A stretch of 64,000 nt of DNA from Candidatus Latescibacterota bacterium (GTDB lineage: Bacteria > Latescibacterota > UBA2968 > UBA8231), in assembly GCA_965200315.1 (NCBI GenBank), contig OZ241362.1, positions 4,256,001 through 4,320,000 of the forward strand, given 5' to 3'. Of this stretch, positions 29,442 through 39,216 are shown in pieces (within the stretch, counting starts at the first letter, position 1; each line of letters opens with the position of its first letter). The translations under genes and the position numbers were made by a program. The notes below the pieces were generated by a model that was not told the origin of the DNA, made no database searches, and worked only from the letters and a program-made list of their open reading frames with translations.

Positions 29442-30227
29442 GTGCTAAAAGCAGGCATATTCCTCGATATGGAAAATCTCAACCGCTGCGGCGGCTATGC
29501 CATCCGCTTTCGCCGGATCAAGGCCCTCGTGGAGGCGCAGCAGGCGGTTGTGGTGCGGGCCAACGCCTATATGGCTGTTGACCGCGAACGCGAAAACATG
29601 GACGCAGAGTACCGCCAAAAAAGGGAAACGTATCGCAATCGAGCGCGGCGCGAGGGCTACCACCTAATACTTAAAGAAGTGCGGCGTTATCGCAGTTCGG
29701 ACGGCGAGACGATCGTCAAGGCCGACGCCGATCTAGAGCTGGCGATAGATGCCCTGTTGCAGTCGGCCAACTTGGACTACGTGCTGTTGGGCAGCGGCGA
29801 TGGCGATTTTGTGCGCTTGGTGCGCGCCCTGCAAAACCGGGGTAAGCGGGTTGATCTGCTGTCTTTTATGAACACCAGCACCGAGCTGCGCCAAGAGGTA
29901 GATTACCACTTTTCCGGGTATCTAGTGCCCGGCATTCTGTTCGCTGAACGCGGCCCAACCCAGCGCCTGCGCGGCATCTTACACGCAGTCAACGAGGAGA
30001 AGGGCTACGGGTTCTTGACCGCGCAGACTGGCTTGGGGATGGACACCATGCGCGAGGATATCTTTCTGCATATTACCGACCTGCGAACAGCGAGAGGCGA
30101 GGGGGTGTCCAACGCGGATTTTGCCTATCTGCGGGTGAGCGGTGCGATCATCGAGTTTGAGGTGGAGGACGATGGCGACCGGAAAAAGGCCGTCAATGCG
30201 GTGGAGTTCCGGCCGGAGTTGCTGTGA
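29442..30227 (+). CDS. NYN (LabA/DUF88) domain protein with C-terminal cold-shock-like OB fold
   Basis: FLDMEN, KADADLELAID, SGDGDF; KGYGFL...DIFLH. Confidence 0.85.
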   Translation: MLKAGIFLDMENLNRCGGYAIRFRRIKALVEAQQAVVVRANAYMAVDRERENMDAEYRQKRETYRNRARREGYHLILKEVRRYRSSDGETIVKADADLELAIDALLQSANLDYVLLGSGDGDFVRLVRALQNRGKRVDLLSFMNTSTELRQEVDYHFSGYLVPGILFAERGPTQRLRGILHAVNEEKGYGFLTAQTGLGMDTMREDIFLHITDLRTARGEGVSNADFAYLRVSGAIIEFEVEDDGDRKKAVNAVEFRPELL

Positions 30228-30961
30228 CGATGAAAAAGGACTGGTGCGCCGAGGAGTTTCGCTGTATGGTCGCCCTCGGCGAGAGTACCACTGCTGGCGG
30301 CTGGAGCACCGCTCCCGATCGCTGCTGGGTGCCTCTCCTCGGTGCGCTCATCAACGACTTCCAGACCGCGCCGATGCGGATCGTCAACGCTGGAATCGGC
30401 GCCAACCTCATCGCCCGGCGCAGCCCAGCATACGAGGAAAGCGGCAAGCCGGCTGCCGACGAGCGCCTCGACAAACACGTCCTCGCCCACGACCCCGACC
30501 TGCTCGCGATCTCCTACGGCCTCAACGACGCCCGGGGCGGTACGCCATTGGCTCAGTTCCGCGAAGACCTTGTCCTGCTCGTGGGGCGCATACGCCAACG
30601 CGGGAACCCGCTCATCCTGTTGCTCGGGCCTTACTTCATGACCGACTTCACCGTCGGGGGGAAGACTTGGAGCCGCGCTGGGCTGCCCCTGTTCAGGCAC
30701 TTCAATGCGGCCACGGCCGAGGTGGCGGCCGAACTCGACTGTCTGTACGTCGATCTGCTGGCCGCCAGCGGTGAAGCACCTTGGATGGTCCACTACGACG
30801 GCGTACACCAAAACGACCTCGGCCACCGGATCGTCGCCAATCGCATCTTCGAGGTACTCGCCCAGAATTGTTCCTGCTTGGCGAAGCGGACCCGGCAGGC
30901 CGAGCGGAGCAGTCCGAGGTGGCGGGACGAGTCGGTGCTGAAGTCCGATTACGGCTTCTGA
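30224..30961 (+). CDS. SGNH/GDSL hydrolase
   Basis: LGESTT, NAGIG, YGLND, DGVH. Confidence 0.85.
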   Translation: MTMKKDWCAEEFRCMVALGESTTAGGWSTAPDRCWVPLLGALINDFQTAPMRIVNAGIGANLIARRSPAYEESGKPAADERLDKHVLAHDPDLLAISYGLNDARGGTPLAQFREDLVLLVGRIRQRGNPLILLLGPYFMTDFTVGGKTWSRAGLPLFRHFNAATAEVAAELDCLYVDLLAASGEAPWMVHYDGVHQNDLGHRIVANRIFEVLAQNCSCLAKRTRQAERSSPRWRDESVLKSDYGF

Positions 30962-30973
30962 CCAAAAGGAGGT

Positions 30974-32008
30974 ATGAGCGCCATGATTCGCGTCGCTATC
31001 GCCGGCTGCCACCGCCAGATTCTGCGCAAGCCGACGAGCCACAATTTCGCCTCTGCTTTCTGTGCCCATCCCGACTCGGAAGTCGTCGGTGTCTTCGATT
31101 ACGGCGAACAGGAGCGCACAGCATTCGTCGAGTGCTGGCGGGATGTGTGGGGAGAGGTGCCGACCTTTGACGACTACGAGCAGCTTTTCAAAGAGGTCGG
31201 TCCCGACATTGTCTGCATCGCCACTCGACAGACGATGCACGCCGACCAGATCGAAAGGGCGGTGGCCGCTGGCGTCCGCTGGATTCTGAGTGACAAACCG
31301 CTGGTCACGCCCCTCGCCGAAATGGATCGCATCGTCGCGGCCTGTGAGGAGACCCCCCTTGCCTTCGCCTTGGACCGGCGCTGGGACTCGGCCTATCGGG
31401 CACTAAGCTCGGCCATCGCTGGCGGCCTAATCGGCGAGGTGACCAGTCTGGTGGTATATGGCATCCCGAATACAATCAATCACGGCTGTCACTGGTACGA
31501 CGCCATGCTTGCGCTGCTGGGCGATCCGGAGCCTGCATGGGTCAGCGGCTTTGTCGATCCGGGCGACCCCGCGGATGAGCGTCGCCGGATCGATCCGCCC
31601 TGCCGGGCGCAGATCGGGATGGACAACGGCGCTGTGGCCTATGTAACCGGCGACGGACCCAAAGGCCCCGCCTTTGAGGTGGGGGGCGATGGCGGCCGGC
31701 TCTCGGTATTCGCCGACGCGAGCGCAGCCCGCATTTGGAGGGACGACTCTGAAGAGTTATTTCCCTTGCCGCCAAAGGCGGAAGGCTGGCCGGCTGGCAT
31801 GAACATGGTGAATGACCTGATCCGCACGGTCAAAGAGGGTGGCCGCACTGCGTGCGACATCTCCGAGGCCCGACGCGCAACCGAAATCGGATTCGCCATC
31901 TGCTCTTCCTCGGAGCGGGAAGGGGTTAGGGTTGCGCTGCCCTCAGCAGATCGATCCCTCCGCGTCGAGTCGTATCCGTGGGGGAACGAAGCTCCGAATG
32001 CGCTGTAA
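30974..32008 (+). CDS. Gfo/Idh/MocA oxidoreductase
   Basis: DIVCIAT, H, SDKP, RRW, HGCHWYD. Confidence 0.85.
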   Translation: MSAMIRVAIAGCHRQILRKPTSHNFASAFCAHPDSEVVGVFDYGEQERTAFVECWRDVWGEVPTFDDYEQLFKEVGPDIVCIATRQTMHADQIERAVAAGVRWILSDKPLVTPLAEMDRIVAACEETPLAFALDRRWDSAYRALSSAIAGGLIGEVTSLVVYGIPNTINHGCHWYDAMLALLGDPEPAWVSGFVDPGDPADERRRIDPPCRAQIGMDNGAVAYVTGDGPKGPAFEVGGDGGRLSVFADASAARIWRDDSEELFPLPPKAEGWPAGMNMVNDLIRTVKEGGRTACDISEARRATEIGFAICSSSEREGVRVALPSADRSLRVESYPWGNEAPNAL

Positions 32009-32035
32009 CCCAATCCATGCGACAGGCCGGGTGTA

Positions 32036-32878
32036 TCACCCCCGCGACGGCTCGGCGTTTTCCCGCCGGTGGCGCTGATGCACCTCCGCCATCTTGAAGT
32101 CGTTGTCTATGACCTGCTGCAAATGCACCATGCGCTCTGGCCCGGCCGTGCGCAACATGGCCTCGCCGTGGATGCGGTCAATCCAGAACCGCCCCTCGTT
32201 GGCCAGCGCGTTCTGGAAGTCCTCTAGGCGCTCGTCGGGCACGTGTTCGTAGAAATTCATGGTGTACATGCGCCGCCGCTGCGAGCCGCCGAAAGCGGCG
32301 TGCTTGGTATTGTGCCAAAATACGACGATGTCGCCTGGCTGGGTCTCCACCACTTGGCACGGCACTTGGTTGGGCGCTACTCCCCATGCTGCGTCGCTGT
32401 CGGGCAGGGCTTCTTGCAGGCCGTCGGCATAGGCATCGCCGCAGTGATGACTGCCCGGAATGATGCGCACTGCGCCCGTGTCCCGGGTCAGGGGATCTAG
32501 GTAAAAAGCGATCTTAATGCTGGTGATGCGCTCGCCGCTGTACCCATCCGAATGCCAGCGCGTATCGCCGACGTAGAAATTGCCGTCGCCGCTGGTGTAG
32601 TTGAAATCATCGCCCAAGATGCTGGCGGCAATGTCGTGGATGCGCGGATCGTCGAGTAAGCTGCTCAAGTATTCACTCTGGTCGGGGAAGGGGACAATAC
32701 ACGAGCGCGCCTGCCCGGCGTGTTCTTTGCCTTGGTGCCCCCCGCCGTGCGCGGCCCACACCGCCTCGAATTCCTCGATGATGCGGTCGGTGCAGTCGGC
32801 CATTAGGCCGGGGAAATACAGGTAGCCAAAAGTATTGAAATAATTGAGCTGTTGTTCGCTCAGGCGCGTCTCGGACAT
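32036..32878 (-). CDS. PhyH family Fe/2OG dioxygenase (canonical HxD)
   Basis: FNTFGY, WHSD, IIPGSH, PGDIVVF...H. Confidence 0.88.
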   Translation of the reverse strand: MSETRLSEQQLNYFNTFGYLYFPGLMADCTDRIIEEFEAVWAAHGGGHQGKEHAGQARSCIVPFPDQSEYLSSLLDDPRIHDIAASILGDDFNYTSGDGNFYVGDTRWHSDGYSGERITSIKIAFYLDPLTRDTGAVRIIPGSHHCGDAYADGLQEALPDSDAAWGVAPNQVPCQVVETQPGDIVVFWHNTKHAAFGGSQRRRMYTMNFYEHVPDERLEDFQNALANEGRFWIDRIHGEAMLRTAGPERMVHLQQVIDNDFKMAEVHQRHRRENAEPSRG

Positions 32879-32893
32879 GCTATTTCCTTTAGG

Positions 32894-33313
32894 TTACTCA
32901 CAGTACACTCGGACCTTGTCGTCGCGGTCTTGGACGTTGATCTCGATCTCGCTGAGTGCATCTATTAGCTGCTCTAGGTCTTGGGTTCGCAGGTTGTCTA
33001 TGTCGACGTCAATGCCGTTGTCTTGCAGAGCCGCATTGATCCCGGTCGCGGCCTGCGCTGGAAGCAGGGTGTGCAGCTTGACGCCGGCCTTGATCAGTGC
33101 CAGCGGCACTCGGACGTCGACGTGCTCATCCTCGTCCGAGTCGACGGTAACTCTCAGATACCGGGCTGATCCCGTGCGTGGGGGCGCTAGCGACTGCACC
33201 ACTGCGGTCGCCTCTGGCCCCTCGTCGACGAGAGAGAGCAGGCACTCGGCCTCATCGACGGACACCTTGCCTTCGGATAGCATCTCCAGTACGCGTCTGC
33301 TGTTTTCGTTCAT
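32894..33313 (-). CDS. SHOCT-like domain protein (YvlB/LiaX N-terminal type)
   Basis: RRVLEMLSEGKVSVDEAECLL; YLRVTV...VDVRVPL. Confidence 0.7.
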   Translation of the reverse strand: MNENSRRVLEMLSEGKVSVDEAECLLSLVDEGPEATAVVQSLAPPRTGSARYLRVTVDSDEDEHVDVRVPLALIKAGVKLHTLLPAQAATGINAALQDNGIDVDIDNLRTQDLEQLIDALSEIEINVQDRDDKVRVYCE

Positions 33314-33340
33314 GGCAGTCCTCCTGTTTGTCTCGTTTGG

Positions 33341-34333
33341 CTAGTGAATGGCAATGGAGCCGTTTATGGTTTCGGCGGTCAATTCGGCCTCGCCGTTGCC
33401 CACCGTTCCCTTTAGCTTGTGGCGCTCGTTGACCGACGCGACAAAGCCCGGCACTTCGCAGCGGACTCGCCCGTTGAGCGTAGTCGCCGTTAGCTCGAGG
33501 CTCGGCTCGGCATCCAGAGCGATTTTAATGTTGCCGTTCATGGTGGATAGTCTGTTGCCGTTTCTGGGCTCAATGCTTCCCTGAAATTTTATCGGCCCAT
33601 TGGTCGTCCGCGCATTGAAGCGGCCGTGTGCGTCTTCAAGGGACACGCGGCTGTTCGCGGTAGAAAGCTCTGCCGAGCCAGAGAGCGTCTTGACCGTGAT
33701 GGGGGCGTTCTTGGTCGTTGCGTTCAGATCGCCCTTGAATTGTTCGACCCGTATAGGCCCGTTCTTGGTCTGCACCGTCCCGCTGCTTTCCGTTCCCCGG
33801 ATCTCCACCGGCCCGTTGCTAGTCGCCAAGTCGACGCTAGTTGGGACGGGCACAATCACTTCTATATTTGCTCCAGAGTGCTGGCGAGAGAATCTGTGCG
33901 GGGGGCCCTCGGATTGCCGGTTCGGCTTGGCCTCGACCGTGATGAGATCGCCTTCCTGCGCGGCGCGGTATTTGATTCCGCGAGGTTTTTTTAGCCTCGC
34001 CCGCACGCGAATCGAGCCGGATTCGCCGGCACGGACCCGGATGCGGCCGTTGAAGCCGCGCACCACGAGGCGCGGGCTGTCGCCCACGGCAAAAGTGTCG
34101 TCGCGCATGGAGGCCCTGTCGTCCTCGTCGCTCTCTGACCACTCGGATAGCCCTTCGATTTCTTCGCCAAGCCCTTCGAGGTTTGGCGCATTGATTTTGA
34201 GCCTCTTGGTAATGCGTCTCTTGCGGGTCTCGCGGTCGGGGTCTTGCAGGGCCTCTAGGAGACGCTCGGCCTCCTCTACGGAGACCTTTCCCGCCGAGAG
34301 CATATCGAGAACTCTGCGTCGCTCTTGAGTCAT
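33341..34333 (-). CDS. SHOCT-like + DUF4097 beta-repeat protein (LiaX/LiaG-like)
   Basis: ERRRVLDMLSAGKVSVEEA; repeated T(S/K/T/M)NGxI motifs. Confidence 0.8.
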   Translation of the reverse strand: MTQERRRVLDMLSAGKVSVEEAERLLEALQDPDRETRKRRITKRLKINAPNLEGLGEEIEGLSEWSESDEDDRASMRDDTFAVGDSPRLVVRGFNGRIRVRAGESGSIRVRARLKKPRGIKYRAAQEGDLITVEAKPNRQSEGPPHRFSRQHSGANIEVIVPVPTSVDLATSNGPVEIRGTESSGTVQTKNGPIRVEQFKGDLNATTKNAPITVKTLSGSAELSTANSRVSLEDAHGRFNARTTNGPIKFQGSIEPRNGNRLSTMNGNIKIALDAEPSLELTATTLNGRVRCEVPGFVASVNERHKLKGTVGNGEAELTAETINGSIAIH

Positions 34334-34342
34334 TGTATCCTC

Positions 34343-34618
34343 CTAGTCGATTGAAATGAACACGCGGCCTTCGCCAGAGGCCACGTTGCAGCGCAGGCCG
34401 CGCAGCGAGGCGAGCACGTATAGAAGCAAGGGGCCAGCCAGCAGGACGGAACGGCCCCGAGCGCGCCGCCCCGAGTGCGCCGCTACCAGCATGGCAACAG
34501 GCGTCCCCAGCATCACGACGACGATAACGAGCGGCCATAGCAGGATGAGCGGAATCCACAGCCGGATCCGGCGCTTGTCATCTTGGACTCGCACTCTCAG
34601 GAACATCGGTGGCAGCAT
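34343..34618 (-). CDS. Small membrane protein
   Basis: TGATG coupling with DUF2089 gene; IRLWIPL and LRGL motifs. Confidence 0.65.
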   Translation of the reverse strand: MLPPMFLRVRVQDDKRRIRLWIPLILLWPLVIVVVMLGTPVAMLVAAHSGRRARGRSVLLAGPLLLYVLASLRGLRCNVASGEGRVFISID

Positions 34619-34986
34619 CAGGAGAGCCTCCGCAGCGCCTCTTCGACATCGATCTCGCCGCATTCCAAGCTGTCGAGCACGGCCGCCGATTGGGGATTTG
34701 AGCGCGGGCGAGTCATGGTCTCGACCAGCGGTAGCTGCTCGGCAATGGCGTCCAGTCGGTTTTTGACCGTGGGGTAGCTGATGCCAAAGATGCGCTCCAT
34801 TTCCTTGATTGAGCCGTGAACTTGGACGAAGGCCATTACGAATACTTGGTCCTCGGCGGAAAGACGCGCCAGAACAGGCGGTTCAAATTGCCCCTCGATC
34901 GCGACGGCACTGTCCGGCAGGGAAACCCGCTCCACCACGATACGCGCCCCCTTCGTCAGATCAGTCAACTCCTTCCAGTCTTTGAT
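34618..34986 (-). CDS. DUF2089 family HTH regulator (no Zn-ribbon Cys; C-terminal SHOCT-like)
   Basis: GSIKEMERIFGISYPTVKNRLD; start uncertain (ATC 34986 after GGAGG, or TTG 34968). Confidence 0.8.
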   Translation of the reverse strand: MKDWKELTDLTKGARIVVERVSLPDSAVAIEGQFEPPVLARLSAEDQVFVMAFVQVHGSIKEMERIFGISYPTVKNRLDAIAEQLPLVETMTRPRSNPQSAAVLDSLECGEIDVEEALRRLS

Positions 34987-35097
34987 GGCAAAACCTCCAA
35001 AAAGTTAATTTCAGATGTAACTGTAGCGATATAATTTGAAAAAATCAATAATAAAATTTATAATTTTAATTTTTTGAAAATGGACAGGATTTAGACG

Positions 35098-36207
35098 CTA
35101 CTCTTCCACGGCCGCGGACACTGCGTTGGAAACCCGCCGCAGCAAGCTCCCGTTGGCGACCATTTGGTTGGTCAGCACCACGCAGCTTAGCTGGTGCTCT
35201 GCGTCCGCCCACGCCACCGTGCCGGTCGCTCCGGTGTGGCCGAAGGTGTGCGGCGACACCAGATCGCCCCAAAAGGCCCACACCCGCGCCCCGCACACGC
35301 CCCACCCAAGGCCCCACGGCGCGTTGAGCGTGCCGTTTTGGTCCCGCGTCATGGCCGCGACCGCGGCCCGGCTGAAGATGCGCTGGCTGCCGTATGCGCC
35401 GCGGTTGAGCATGGTTTGCAAGAGGATCGCCAGATCGCGTCCGGTGCTGTGCATCCCGCCCCACGGCGCCCCAAAGTCGCGCCAGTATGGGGAATTCCAC
35501 CCCCAACTCCGCAATTCGTCGTCCTCTTCGGTGTCTGTCCCGCACCACACGGTATCTTCAATCGCCCAGTCGCCCAGGCCTAACGCGCTGCGCTCCATGC
35601 CCAACGGCGCGAAAATTTCCTCGCGTTCAAAGTCGCGCAGACGCTGGCCGCTGACGCGCTCGACGATCGCGGCCGCCAGCAGGATGCCCTTGCTTTGGTA
35701 GCGGAAATCGGTCGCCGGTTTGTAGAGCAGAGGCGTCTTGAGCGACCGCTCGACAAAGACTTCTACCGGCTCGTGTGCCCGCCGCAGGCTGACGTTTTCC
35801 GGCAGCATGTCGGGCATACCCGATATGTGCGCCAGCAGGTGGCGGACCTTGATGTCGGGCCGGTCACCGCCGGTGAACTCGGGCAGGTAGTCGGCGGCTG
35901 GGTCTTCGAGCGAGATCAGCCCCCGGTCGACGAGGATCATCAGCGCACAAGCGGTGACCGGCTTGGTGATCGACGCGAGGAGAAAGATCGAATCCGCATC
36001 GACCGGCTGGCCGGTGTTGGGCTTGCGCTGGCCAGCGCCGCGTGCGAAAACCTCTTTGCCGTGCCGCGCTACCGTCAGCGAGGCCGCGCTGATCTGGCCC
36101 GCTTCGACAGCAGCCGTGAGCAGGCCAAAGGCCCGCTCGAGTTGTGCGGCCGACATGCCAACCGCCGCTGGGTCGCCCGTTTGCAAAACCGTTCCGTCCG
36201 TTGCCAT
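35098..36207 (-). CDS. Serine hydrolase (beta-lactamase class C-like)
   Basis: SITK, YQS, GHTG. Confidence 0.88.
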   Translation of the reverse strand: MATDGTVLQTGDPAAVGMSAAQLERAFGLLTAAVEAGQISAASLTVARHGKEVFARGAGQRKPNTGQPVDADSIFLLASITKPVTACALMILVDRGLISLEDPAADYLPEFTGGDRPDIKVRHLLAHISGMPDMLPENVSLRRAHEPVEVFVERSLKTPLLYKPATDFRYQSKGILLAAAIVERVSGQRLRDFEREEIFAPLGMERSALGLGDWAIEDTVWCGTDTEEDDELRSWGWNSPYWRDFGAPWGGMHSTGRDLAILLQTMLNRGAYGSQRIFSRAAVAAMTRDQNGTLNAPWGLGWGVCGARVWAFWGDLVSPHTFGHTGATGTVAWADAEHQLSCVVLTNQMVANGSLLRRVSNAVSAAVEE

Positions 36208-36225
36208 CGCGTTTTCCTTTCTGTA

Positions 36226-36290
36226 GAGGCTCTAACAAAACTGGATTCCCGCCTACGCGGGAATGACACCGGGCGGGCGAGAGGCCCCTC
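36226..36290. repeat. MITE/REP-like repeat (copy 3)
   Basis: GAGGCTCTAACAAAACTGGAT end, ATTCCCGC-CTAC-GCGGGAAT palindrome, GGGCGGGCGAGA. Confidence 0.65.
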
Positions 36291-36322
36291 GGCCGCCCTA
36301 TTTTCAGACCGCTGCTGTTTCC

Positions 36323-37033
36323 TCAGTCGACCAACCCAACCACTTCCCACAACCCGGTCACCACTCGCACTCCGTCCTCCGTCAAAGAGCCATCCGCGCC
36401 GAGCGACCGCCGAATCAACACCGGTCGCAGCCCGGCCGCCTTGGCCCCGGCTACGTCGTCTTCTGGTGAATCGCCGACGAAGAGCGCTTCGTCTGTGGCC
36501 AACCCGGTCTGCTTTAGGGCCGGGGCAAAGATCGCCGGGTCGGGCTTTTTGACGCCGACATCGCCGGAGACGACCACTGCGTCGAAAAAGGGGCGCAACG
36601 CCAGCTCGTCTAGCAGCCGATGGACGTGCGGCGGGTGGTCGAAGTTGGAAACCAGTGCCAGCTTGTAGCGGCCTTGCAGCTCGCCCAGTACGCTTTTGGC
36701 CTCCGGGTCGAGCGGCGTGTGTGCGTGCCACGCCGCCACGCTCGCCGCGCTGATGCGCCGCAATTCCTCCACTTCCAACGCCAAGCCCAACTTGCCCACC
36801 AACTCGCGGATGCGCCGCTCGTACACTGTCAGCCCGTCGTCCTGCACCGGCGGCTCGGGTTGGAGCAAGAACTCCTCGCACACCCGGATCAAGGTTTCGT
36901 CATCAAACGCCCGGCCATAAGCGATCAGTTCGCGGCGGATGGCACGGAACCAACTCTCTCCCGCAGCTTCCATATCGCCATAGCGCAACAACGTGCCGTA
37001 GAGATCGAAGAATACACCTCGTATTTGAGTCAT
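36323..37033 (-). CDS. HAD-superfamily hydrolase
   Basis: FDLYGTL, SN, KKPDP, GDSPEDD. Confidence 0.88.
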   Translation of the reverse strand: MTQIRGVFFDLYGTLLRYGDMEAAGESWFRAIRRELIAYGRAFDDETLIRVCEEFLLQPEPPVQDDGLTVYERRIRELVGKLGLALEVEELRRISAASVAAWHAHTPLDPEAKSVLGELQGRYKLALVSNFDHPPHVHRLLDELALRPFFDAVVVSGDVGVKKPDPAIFAPALKQTGLATDEALFVGDSPEDDVAGAKAAGLRPVLIRRSLGADGSLTEDGVRVVTGLWEVVGLVD

Positions 37034-37067
37034 TGAGTGTCTTATTGGACAGGATTGTATAGGCAGG

Positions 37068-38297
37068 CTACCAGCCGCGCACCATATAGGCCTGCAACAC
37101 GCCGCTTTCATCGGAATTGAAGAAGCCCGACCCTCCGTCCGGCGAGAGGAAAGGATGGATGTGGGTGTCCTTCTGCCAAGACGATCCGGGGTTTGCGATC
37201 TGCCGCGCATTCGCGAGCGCACCGTCCTCTTCTTTGGGAAGGTCGAACAGCCAGACCGCGCCGCCCCCGTCTTTCGGGCCGGCATCCGTGATTAAACGGG
37301 TACCGTCTCGGTCTGTTGCGAAATGCCAGAAGTCGGGTCCGTCAAAGGAGCGGGACAGGTCGTTGCGCCAGCCGCCCGGCGTGTTGATGCCTTCATCGCC
37401 GACGTGCGCTACCGCCCTGCCCGAGATGAGCTGTCTTTCGTCTGGCTCGCGCACCGAGGTGCTGGTGATGGCCATGTCGCTTTTCCCCTGCCAGCACTGA
37501 TGCCCCTGACAAAACTCGTTCCCATCCCGGCCCCAAGGGAAGTCGCGCAGATCAGTGCCGTCGTCCCGGATTAGGTGGATGTCCGCGCCCAGCCCGCTGG
37601 TGAGCTTTTTCACCCGGCCATCGGCACCAATGATATTCCCGTGGTTTTCTTGGATCATGATGTCGTGGGAAGCCACGGGGTCCGTCTGACGCGTGTACTG
37701 AGGGTGCATGTTGCACCAAGTGGGACCGCGAAGGACCAATCGCACGGAGGGCTCTTCGATCTCGAAGACGAGCAGACCCCAAGGCCCCCCTGCGCTGTTG
37801 CTGTCGCCGAGGAATCCCGAGATGGCGATGCGCCGGCCATCGGATGAAATCGTCGAAAGCGGATACGGTCGGCTCAGCCTGAAACTGGTCTCTGGAATCG
37901 CGTGATCGAGGACGTAGACGATCTCTCGTTCAGATCCATCTAGCCCGACCCGCTTTAGCGTCAGCCGTCCGCCTCTCCCAAACTCTGTTTCATTGACGAA
38001 GTAGTACAAGTAGTCGCCATCTGGTGAGATAGACGGCCCCGTCGTTCCAAGCTCGGTGGTGATCGGCGTCAGGCTGCAATGGTCTTCGAGGTTGCAAATC
38101 AGAAACTGGTGCTCGGGGTCCTTGGGATCGGAGCCGTGCGGGTGCGCTGAGCGGTGGAGGATCAGCCGCTGCGAATCGGGCGTGAAGATCTGCGCTTCCA
38201 TATAGACATGCGACGAGGAGAGCGACTCATCTGTGAGCTGAATGACTTCGAGATGGTCTCGCTCGGTCGCTGGGACGAGGTCAGGTCGGATTTTCAA
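37068..38297 (-). CDS. Beta-propeller protein, oligogalacturonate lyase/TolB-like
   Basis: FTPDS, SPDG repeats, C-terminal HIHPFLSPDG...FNSD. Confidence 0.65.
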   Translation of the reverse strand: MKIRPDLVPATERDHLEVIQLTDESLSSSHVYMEAQIFTPDSQRLILHRSAHPHGSDPKDPEHQFLICNLEDHCSLTPITTELGTTGPSISPDGDYLYYFVNETEFGRGGRLTLKRVGLDGSEREIVYVLDHAIPETSFRLSRPYPLSTISSDGRRIAISGFLGDSNSAGGPWGLLVFEIEEPSVRLVLRGPTWCNMHPQYTRQTDPVASHDIMIQENHGNIIGADGRVKKLTSGLGADIHLIRDDGTDLRDFPWGRDGNEFCQGHQCWQGKSDMAITSTSVREPDERQLISGRAVAHVGDEGINTPGGWRNDLSRSFDGPDFWHFATDRDGTRLITDAGPKDGGGAVWLFDLPKEEDGALANARQIANPGSSWQKDTHIHPFLSPDGGSGFFNSDESGVLQAYMVRGW

Positions 38298-38408
38298 TGG
38301 TTTTCCTCCTATTGATGGCGTGGCACTCCGAGGAAGAAAGGTAAAGGTCTGCCGGACCGCATCAAGATAAATGAGATGCCTCGCACTACAGCCAACCTGA
38401 TCGTCAAG

Positions 38409-39212
38409 TCAGCTTCCTGTAGAGCGGTAGTGCCGTACGCCCACTTGCCAGACGCGCAGACAGACTGCGAAAAAGAGCAAGCCCACGCCTGGGGCCAGCC
38501 ATTGAAACAACGGCCCTGAACCCAAGGGGTCGGGGCGTTCTAAAATTCCCAAGGCTGGGTAATAGCTGACGCAGGCGAGGGGGATGACGTACGTAAAAAA
38601 GCGGCGGAACCACTCGCGGTAAATTGCTAGCGGATACTGCGCTGTCTCCACGCCGCCGTAAGTTACGGTATTGACGATTTCCAAACTCTCAGTAGTCCAA
38701 AAGGCCAGCGTCGCCTGCAAGACGATGAGGCCGTAAAACAGGCAAGCACCGCCGAGAATGGTGAGCAAGGCGAGGAGCATCTTGTCCGGCGTCCAGGACA
38801 GCTCTAGAGCGTGTGCGGCCCACAACAGGACGACCAAACCTTGGGTGAGGCGGCCGATGCGCTTGAGGGTGAGTTCCTGTCCGACCAGTTGCAAGGCCGT
38901 GCTGCGGGGGCGCAGCAGCAGGCGGTCGAAGTCTCCGCTTTTGACGGTGGAGGCGAACAAGTCAAAGCCGCGTGAGAAGGCGTCGCACAGGGCAAAGGCG
39001 ATATTGATTAGGCCATAAAAAAAGGCCACTTCGGGCAGACTCCAGGTGCCGAGCGCGGCGAAGCGGTCGAAGAGCACCCAGATGCCCAAGAATTCCAAGC
39101 CGGTCATTGCGCCGTGGCCCACAGACAGCATGACAAAAGAGGCCCGGTACTGCATTTGGCTGCGGAAGGAAATGCCGATATAGCGGCCGTACAGGCGCAG
39201 CCCGTCGAGCAC
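38409..39212 (-). CDS. ABC-2 type permease (DUF990-like)
   Basis: MQYRASF, GDFDRLLLRP, YPLAIY, YRSTGS. Confidence 0.85.
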   Translation of the reverse strand: MLDGLRLYGRYIGISFRSQMQYRASFVMLSVGHGAMTGLEFLGIWVLFDRFAALGTWSLPEVAFFYGLINIAFALCDAFSRGFDLFASTVKSGDFDRLLLRPRSTALQLVGQELTLKRIGRLTQGLVVLLWAAHALELSWTPDKMLLALLTILGGACLFYGLIVLQATLAFWTTESLEIVNTVTYGGVETAQYPLAIYREWFRRFFTYVIPLACVSYYPALGILERPDPLGSGPLFQWLAPGVGLLFFAVCLRVWQVGVRHYRSTGS

Positions 39213-39216
39213 AGCT

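Noticed and set aside
35098-36207. Antibiotic-resistance beta-lactamase
   Set aside because: No signal peptide, and YQS/HTG motifs fit cytoplasmic esterase-type serine hydrolases better.
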